Shown here: piece after piece, positions 56,767 through 64,000 of the stretch
Layout of the letters: the number at the start of each line of letters is the position of its first letter
How positions within the stretch are numbered: position 1 is the first letter of the stretch
Source of the DNA: the human T2T-CHM13v2.0 reference genome, Homo sapiens
Reading direction: 5' to 3' (one strand)
NCBI RefSeq assembly: GCF_009914755.1
Contig: NC_060937.1
DNA: 64,000 nucleotides
Notes under the pieces: generated by a model
Told to the model about the DNA's origin: nothing
Databases searched by the model: none
What the model saw: the letters and a program-made list of their open reading frames with translations, nothing else
Translations under genes and position numbers: made by a program

Positions 56767-57160
56767 TGTATTAGTAAGGATGAAAACACTATTCTCTGTA
56801 ATATACAAACACCCAAAGTTCATATGACTCAACATAACATAAGTTTACTTCTTACTTGTGAGTGGCCTTCTATGTTGTCATTCAGAGGCTTGAGTTTCTC
56901 CCATTGTTGGCTTGCTTTCTCCTAGATCTGTGGGGTCTTCTGCTGGATCTTTGCATCCAATTAGAAGAGAGAGTGTGGAGAATTGCACCAGAGGAGTTCA
57001 TGGGTAAGGACAGAGAGTGATACACATCCCTTCTGCGCACCTTCTATTACCCAGAACTTGGTCACAAAGTCATACATAACTGCTGTGAAAGCTGGAGACT
57101 GGGGAACATGGGCCAATTTTGTGCCCAGGAGGTGGGAGAAACGTGTCAGTTTGCTGTACT
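56767..57160 (-). mobile_element. MLT1J-type MaLR LTR, next to an L2 fragment (~56635-56766)
   Basis: 'tgtattagt...gtcattcagaggc...cacatcccttctgc...ccagaacttggtcaca...tgtgcccaggagg'. Confidence 0.7.
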
Positions 57161-57449
57161 ATGTGAAGAAAAGGGATCACAATTAGTGTTCATTATTATA
57201 ACAGAGCTGGAATGCATTGTGTGGTGGAGGTCAAAGGAAGGAGGAAATGACCTCAGCTGGGATAAGCTCACACAGGATAGGAATTAGTTAAGGGCACCTA
57301 TCAAGTTGCAATTGCAAGTTGCAATTGCAGTCATAGGCTCAATAAATCCTTGTAGAATAAATAGAATTAAAAGTATTCCTAAATTAGGTTAAATGAAACC
57401 TTGGGAAATTTATAATAAAAAACTATAGTGTTCATTTAGTTGAAATTTT

Positions 57450-58380
57450 TAATGTTTTTATTGTTGATTTTTACGCTGTTGTAAGATATAATACAAAGGA
57501 TTTATTGTACACTCTAACCAGTTTCATCTAATGGTAATATTTTGTAAAACTATGGTAGAATATCACAACCAGAATATTGACATTGATCAAATCCACCATT
57601 GACATGATCCTTATTTGAATAATTCAAATTATTCATATTTTCCTAATTTTACTTGCACTCATTTGTGTGTATGTGTGTATTTCTATCTATGTTATCAATT
57701 CCGCACCCCGAACCACATGATACAGAACAGTTTCATCACCACAAGGACCTCTCCCCCACTGCTAACTTCTAGCAACCCGTCTTCTTTCCTCTATCTCTAA
57801 AATGTTGTCATTTTAAAAATGCTATATAAATAGAATCATACAATTGTAACCTTTAGTGGTTGGTTTTTTTTTTACTCAATATAATTTTCTGCATAGTCAA
57901 CCAAGTTATTGTGTTTATCAACAGTTCACTCCTTTTTATTGCATGATGTATTAATTCCATGATATGAATATATCACAGTTTGTTTAAGCATTTGCCATTT
58001 GAAAGACATCTGGACTGATTCCAGGTTTTGGCTATTGCAAGTACACTGCTATGAACATTGAAACAGGTTTTTGCAGGAACATAAATTTCCATTTTTCTGG
58101 TGTAAATGTCTAAGAGTGAAATTTGCTGGGTTGTATCATATGGAAATCACATATTTAATTTTATAAAAAACTACCAAATTGTTTTCCAAAGCTGCTGTAC
58201 TATTTTACATTCTCATCAGCAATGTAGAGAGATCCACTTTATCTGCATCCTAACCAGCATTCCATGCTGTCATTATTTTTTGTTTTAGTCATTCTAATAG
58301 GTGTGGTTTTAATTTGCGTTTCTCTGGTGGCTAATAAAGGTGAACATCTTTATCAGCGCTTATTTTCCATCTGCATATCA
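57450..58380 (-). mobile_element. L1MC-type 3' end
   Basis: 'atcacaaccagaatattgacattgat', 'ttttggctattgcaa...gctatgaacatt', 'actaccaaattgttttccaaag'. Confidence 0.85.
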
Positions 58381-58639
58381 TAACCATATTGTTTTTTATT
58401 TTAAAGAAGTTTAGAGGTTTTCCAGTTCTTACAAGTAATTTCCCCTTCTTTTTATTTTAATTTAAAAAAATTGTGGACAATTCCTATTCATCTTTGTACA
58501 CCCCATCTAAACTTCCTGTTTTCTTTGAAGCCATCTTCAACTCTCGAGCCTAGTTAATTAAACCTTTGTCTGGCTTCCACAGGCAAAATGAATCTCTGGC
58601 TTTGCTCGGTTCCAGTTTGTTTTTCTTTCTATTGTAGCT

Positions 58640-59000
58640 GTTACCAAAGCATGTTTTCATGAAGATGATTACCTGTCTGTGCTTCCCACTAAACTGTGTC
58701 CTGAGGGAAGGGACTGTCTTACATATTTTTGTCTCCTCAGGACCTAGTATGATGTCTGGTGCACTTAAATCCTTAATAAACATTTTCAATGACTTTGAGT
58801 GCTTTATGTTCTGCCTCTTTCCCCGAAGGATTTGAGGGTCTACTTTTTGGGCAGACACCATGCCGGACATTTTCACAAATGCTATCTCATTTAATTCTCT
58901 GAACCACCATGAGGTATAAGGATTAGCTCTCTATTTTGCAGCGAATGAAGCATAAACTCAGAGATTTAAGTAATTTGAAAGTTAAGACATCAGCAAACAG
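58640..59000. mobile_element. L2 3' end (+, ~58640-58795) followed by MIR (-, ~58810-59000)
   Basis: 'cctgagggaagggactgtct...cctagtatgatgtctgg'; 'atctcatttaattctc...catgaggta...ctcagagatttaagtaatttg'. Confidence 0.6.
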
Positions 59001-60026
59001 CGGAGCTAACCCTTGGCTGTGGATACTTTCGTTGCTATGCCATATTGCACAGAGGGGGCACAAGAGAGCTGTGTTCTCCCCCCTGCACTAAGGCGCCCCC
59101 GCCCCGATTTCACTCACTGTCTGCTACAAAATTGGTTCGTGCATACTACTGACAGTCTGTGCCTTTCTGGCCCACCACCTCAGAATGGGCAATGGCCATT
59201 GCTACATCGCCCTTCCCTGACTTACCCTTCCCAGAACACCTTCTTCCCCACTAGCCCCGAGGCTTAAGGCTTTTATTAACTTCACTAAAAAACTCTGCCA
59301 ATGTCTTCATGGCTCTCCATTTTCTGTGGTGACCCCTGTGCCTTTAGCCTTTGGGTTTTTCCTTCCCATTTCACCTCTAACCTCCCCATACCATCTTCCT
59401 AGTTTTATAACACCTATTTCTCAATGGAATTAGATTCCAGTTAATTGGACGTTTTTGAGAGCCTATTGTGGAAAACACGCAATAGACTGTACGAGGAAGA
59501 CAAAGATGGAGGCAGTGTCTTTTACTCTTAGAAAATTACCATCTAAGGGAAGTACAAAAAATAAAATCCCTATTCTTACTATATATGGCACTTAAGGTGC
59601 AGGCACTCTTTCTTTAGTTAATTCTGCTCTCAAATGCCCCAAATTTATACAAATGAAAAGCCAAAGGGGACGGTGCTCTGGTACCAACCTGAAACCTGTC
59701 CCATCACCAAGACAAGGCTGTGTTCCACCGTGCTCCATTTAATGATACTAACCTCACTTTTTTTCTTTAATATTGTTTGAATACTGAGAGCTTAGTGATT
59801 TTTTTTTTCATGTGAAGGAAGCACTGATGAAAAATAGACTCCAGATAGAAGAAAGTACTATTATTTATGTATCAATTTAATAAAAAACATCTTGAACAAA
59901 GTTTATAATATACTATGAATAAAAGATAAACTCTAGAACATTATACCTTGAAACAACCTAAGTAAAAGCAATGAAGTATTAAAATTTCATTCCTTTACTC
60001 TTTACGGGAACAAACTGGTATTAATA

Positions 60027-60188
60027 ACACCTCATCAATTCTATGATGAACAATTTCACCTCTGAAATTGAGACCTGTCTTAGAGGTAATGACACTGCAT
60101 AGTTTAATTGGCACCATTTTTTCCTTCTCAGTGTTACAAAAATGGTGCATCTTGCAATAGACGGTATCTTGGATTCTATGATATACAG
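60027..60188. mobile_element. MER104-type TcMar-Tc2 MITE
   Basis: 'catagtttaattggca...aatggtgcatcttgcaatagacggtatcttggattctatgatatacag'. Confidence 0.7.
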
Positions 60189-60569
60189 TATCTGTTTGTC
60201 AGGTCCTAAAGGAAAAGAGAACTATCCCCATCTTATTTGATCTTATAGCTCTAGTCAGGGAGATAGATGTGTAACAAGATAAATTATTAGGTAAAGGGAC
60301 AAATGCAGACAAGTGTGGCTGTGCAAATACCAAGGGAAATAATGAGGTGTCCAATTCAAATCCATTCCTTTCTTCTTTCTTGTTGGCAGCAGGTACTCTC
60401 AGAGGGGAGGAGGTGGGTACAAATGTCTTTTACAAGCTGAGAGAGGCTGCAAAACACTTGTAAAGATGTTTAGTCATCTGTCCTTGCTGGGTGCCTGACT
60501 CCAATTTTTAATTTTTATTTATGTATGTATTTATTTTTAACCAGAGGCCAAATGGATTCTCAAAACCAT

Positions 60570-61285
60570 GGCTGGCAGAACCAAATTTCATTTGGGTGTT
60601 TCCCCTACCTCTTAGGGTACAGTCTGCTCATGGAAAGAGCTTCTCTCCAGCCCCAGGGGCACAAATCCTGATTAGGGAAGGCAATTAAAGTCAGCCATCC
60701 AGTTCCCTTCCCAATGACTGGTGGAGGCCTCAGCATGTGATTTCATCTTGGCCAATGACATATGGAGAGCAGTCTACGGGATAATTTCTGAAAAATGTTT
60801 CCTCAGTGATAAAAAGATGCTCAGGAAGAAACGTTCTTTTTTCTTTTGAAAAACTTGCTTTGAACCATTATACCCTTCATCCATATAACCAAAGCCACTT
60901 GTACTCCAAAAGCTATTGAAATAAAAAATATGTAAAAATATGATATATTAATATGTATACTACTGACTCTGTTAGCTACATTTTGTTTTACATCTATGAT
61001 CATAAGTGAAAATGGTTTAATAATTTTATTTTTATATTATCATTATTTGAGAATTTAAAATTCTAGTCTCATTTTTAAAAAGGCAAAAGCCCAAGTGGTG
61101 AGGATTGCAGAGGGGGAGACTGGAGAGAGTGTGTATCCCTGATCTTAGATGTTGTTATTGAGCTCCCGGGTTAACCTGCCTGAAAGCCGGACTTCTTATT
61201 ATGTGAGACTATATGTTTTCCTCATTGTTAGGACCTTTCGAGTGGATATTTTCTTCATTGCAGCCTAAAATATTTTAATTAAGAT
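60570..61285 (+). mobile_element. LTR33-like ERVL LTR interrupted by a short L1 3' end (~60860-60935)
   Basis: 'catgtgatttcatcttggccaatgaca...gtttcctcagtgataaaa'; 'ggacttcttattatgtgaga'; L1 tail 'ccatataaccaaagccacttgtactccaaaagctattgaaataaaa'. Confidence 0.6.
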
Positions 61286-61714
61286 TGTGGCTAACACTGC
61301 CTAGGGGTATTGGGAAAACACTGTTCAAAATAGGTAAAATTCGAATCGGGTCTTGTAAAATAAAGACAAGGCATGGGGAGAGGAAAGAGTACTTGCAAAG
61401 GCAAGAGAACAGTGCTTGCAAACGTAAGGTGTGATTGACTAGGCTGTGTTGGTGTAACAATAAGAAATTTCATTTTGCCATAGAATAGAGATAAGGCTGG
61501 GAGATGCCAGAAAAGGCTTTTTTGTATCATGTCGTGGAGTTTACTTTTTTTTTTTTTTTCCTGTTGGCAACATGGAACCAGTGGAGCTTTAAAATAGGTG
61601 GATGCCTTTAAAAGATTTATATATTAGTCATCAAACTTTGGTGGCAGAGTGACACATGGAGTGGGTAGAAGCTGATGGCAAAAAGATTAGGAGAGATCAG
61701 ACTCTTTTAAGTTA

Positions 61715-62225
61715 TTTGTTTTTGTAAATGAAAAAACGTCTTCACATATCTTCACATAAACTTAAGCAAAAAAAAAAAAGTCCTGTATAATTGAAAATCT
61801 GGAGACAGAACTTGCTACAGAGCTTACTGGATTCAGCTGCTCCTATGGTGTTGTCAGGATTCTGCCTGTCTCTCTCTTGCTCCTTGCATTTTGTGGTTTG
61901 CTTCTCTCTGGGTTGGCTTCATTCATAGCCAGTTCCCTGGCTACATTAATTTTCCATCACTGTCAGAAAATCATCCCAGAAAAAAGAACACCTATTTCTC
62001 AAGAGCTCCAGCAAAAGCCCTGTGATAAATTTCACTGGCTTGCCTTGAGCTCCATATCATCATCCTCAAATGAATTACAGTGGCCAGAGAATTTGAGCAT
62101 TCTAATTGCTCAAGCCTAGTCATATACCCACACCTGGACTCAGGGGGAAGAATCGCTGAATGACAGATTGAGAAAGGGAGTGATTCCCCTGAAGGGAAAA
62201 GAAGTGTAGGGATACAGAGCAGATT
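61715..62225 (-). mobile_element. MLT1K-type LTR, preceded by an L2 fragment (~61340-61700)
   Basis: 'cttaagcaaaaaa...ctggattcag...gttggcttcattc...cagcaaaagccc...gattcccc'. Confidence 0.6.
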
Positions 62226-62426
62226 TAACTAGTAGTTATGCCCCATGAAGAGAATATAGTCCATGCCAAAAAAAAAAAATTGATCTACACAAAGGCATGG
62301 AACTGGGAATTGAGAAAATAGGCTGACCTTCAGTGTGGGAGGTGATACTATTTGTTGTTAGTTTTACAGATGAGGAAACTGAGGCTTAAATAAGAAAAAC
62401 AATTTGCTGGTAGTCCCATAGCTTGT

Positions 62427-62750
62427 TTTTTTATTCTTTTAAAATTAAATTTAATTCTTTTTTTTTTGAGATGGAGTCTCGCTCTGTCGCTCTGGCTGGG
62501 GTAAAATGGCACAATCTTAGCTCACTGAAACCTCTGCCTCCCAGGTTCAAGTGATTCTCCTGCCTCAGCCTCCCACATAGCTTGGATTATAGGTATGAAC
62601 CACCACACCTGGCTAATTTTTGTATTTTTAGTAGAGACAGGGCTTCACCATATTGGCCAGGCTGGTCTCAAGCTCCTGACCTCAAGTGATCTGCCTGCCT
62701 CGGCCTCCCGAAGTGCCTGGATTACAGGCGTGAGCCACCGGCGCCCAGCC
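62427..62750 (-). mobile_element. AluS (Sz-like) inside a MIR (~62330-62840), with 15-bp TSD
   Basis: TSD agtcccatagcttgt at 62412-62426 and 62751-62765; MIR core 'ttttacagatgaggaaactgaggctta' upstream. Confidence 0.93.
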
Positions 62751-63027
62751 AGTCCCATAGCTTGTAAATGGCAAATCTAGGATCCAAACTAGGTCTGTGT
62801 GACTCCAAAGTCCATGATTCTAACCCATACGCAACAAGGCCTCCTAATGAACAGCTGAAGAAGGGGAATGGGAGTGGAAACCAATTTACTAGTATGCTCA
62901 CTCCAGCTGCCTAAATGAGAAAGGAATAAAAAGGAAATCATGTGCTGTCTCTCTTACCCAACTTCATCCTAAAGAAAACTGAGGGAAGTTGGAGAAGAAA
63001 GGTGTACAGGGAGGTCCTACCCTAAAC

Positions 63028-63235
63028 TGAAGTTCTTCAGCCTCAGCCCCATTGACATATTAGGCCAGATAATTCCTTGTTGGAGTTGGGGAAGGATGTC
63101 CTGGGCATTGCAGGATGTTTAGCAACATCCCTGGCTTCTACCTGCTAGATGTTTGTAGCACCTTCTTCCTGTGTGACAACCAGAAGTATTTCCAGAATTC
63201 TCATATGTCTCCTGAGGAGCAAATTCTACACTCCC
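63028..63235 (+). mobile_element. MER20 hAT-Charlie element
   Basis: 'cattgacatattaggccagataatt...cattgcaggatgtttagcaacatccctggc...gtgacaacca'. Confidence 0.85.
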
Positions 63236-63938
63236 TAACTGTAAATCCTTCCTTGCCCCTACCTCCACTGGAAGAAAAACCTCCACCTTAGATAGAGGCT
63301 AAGGCCTGGCAGGCTACCCTGAGCTGTGCTGTCCTCTGCCTTAATGGAGGCCCTGCCCCACTGTGAGCTCCAGTATTTTCAGCGTGCCTACTCTCTCCCC
63401 AGAGGAGACTCAGACCACACCATCCTTCTCAATCCTGAAGACAAGCTAGATTGCATCTCTTTGCTCCTGGCCCTTGGAACTGTATGATTTCTGGGAATGT
63501 TTTTGGGTAGGAAATTCACAGTTCCTGGGGTCCTGATATTTTCTGTTTATCAATGACAAAGACCATATGAGGAGGAAAGACCACATAGACAGTAGGTCAA
63601 AAGCAAAGGCAGATTAGTCATTATTGGTTAATTCAATTGAGTTTTGCCACTTAGATTGCCTGCACTGTATTGGAGGCCACAGAGTGAGAAGGGAACAACC
63701 TAATTTCACCATTTACAAGAATTGTGACCCAGGGCAACTTCCCTGAGCCTCAGTTTTCTACAACGTGAAACTGATAAGATGCCCATGCCTCTGAAGTCAT
63801 GATTTTATGGAGCAATAGCGCTGAGCAATTACAAATTTGGCTATCATCAAAAGGCCAGATAGTCAATATTTGCTATTTTAGATATAGAGGAGCATAAGAA
63901 CTATGCTTCCAAAAGAAACAGCCTCTAAAGATGACCAC

Positions 63939-64000
63939 TGATAAGGTTTGGCTGTACCCCACCCAAAATCTCATCTTGAATTGTAACAATCCCCACGTGT
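63939..64000 (+). mobile_element. THE1 (C-like) LTR 5' end, runs off the window
   Basis: 'tgataaggtttggctgt...caaaatctcatcttgaattgtaa...ccccacgtgt'. Confidence 0.85.

Noticed and set aside
59046-59106. CTCF-like and GC-box motifs (cacagagggggcac; cccccgcccc)
   Set aside because: Poor match to the CTCF 5' half; a single GC box without a CpG island is not enough

Overview
AT-rich, CpG-depleted primate DNA. The AluJ/S/Y, THE1/MST, MER4-group LTR and L1PA/L1M content points to a human-like genome, and the window reads as intergenic or intronic. I find no intact protein-coding gene, RNA gene, CRISPR array or operon-like system. The supplied ORFs are Alu, L1, LTR or hAT read-throughs, or chance ORFs. 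The only gene-derived sequence is a full-length processed RPL21 pseudogene (55343-55925). A large share of the window is interspersed repeats, many with readable target-site duplications and clear nesting. The most interesting unexplained structures are: (i) an ungapped 240-bp, ~88% identical direct duplication of apparently non-repeat DNA carrying CCAAT, GC-box and RUNX-like motifs (35538-35777 / 36901-37140); (ii) a perfect 36-bp fold-back hairpin inside an old AluJ (20889-20972); (iii) a second ~145-bp CCAAT-containing duplication (49460-49604 / 50284-50431); (iv) three STAT GAS motifs within 75 bp in a MER66-type solo LTR; (v) an orphan exon-like segment (7178-7337). Repeat subfamily names come from recalled consensus sequences, not a search, and boundaries of old elements are approximate. 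I cannot support a claim of a new biological system.
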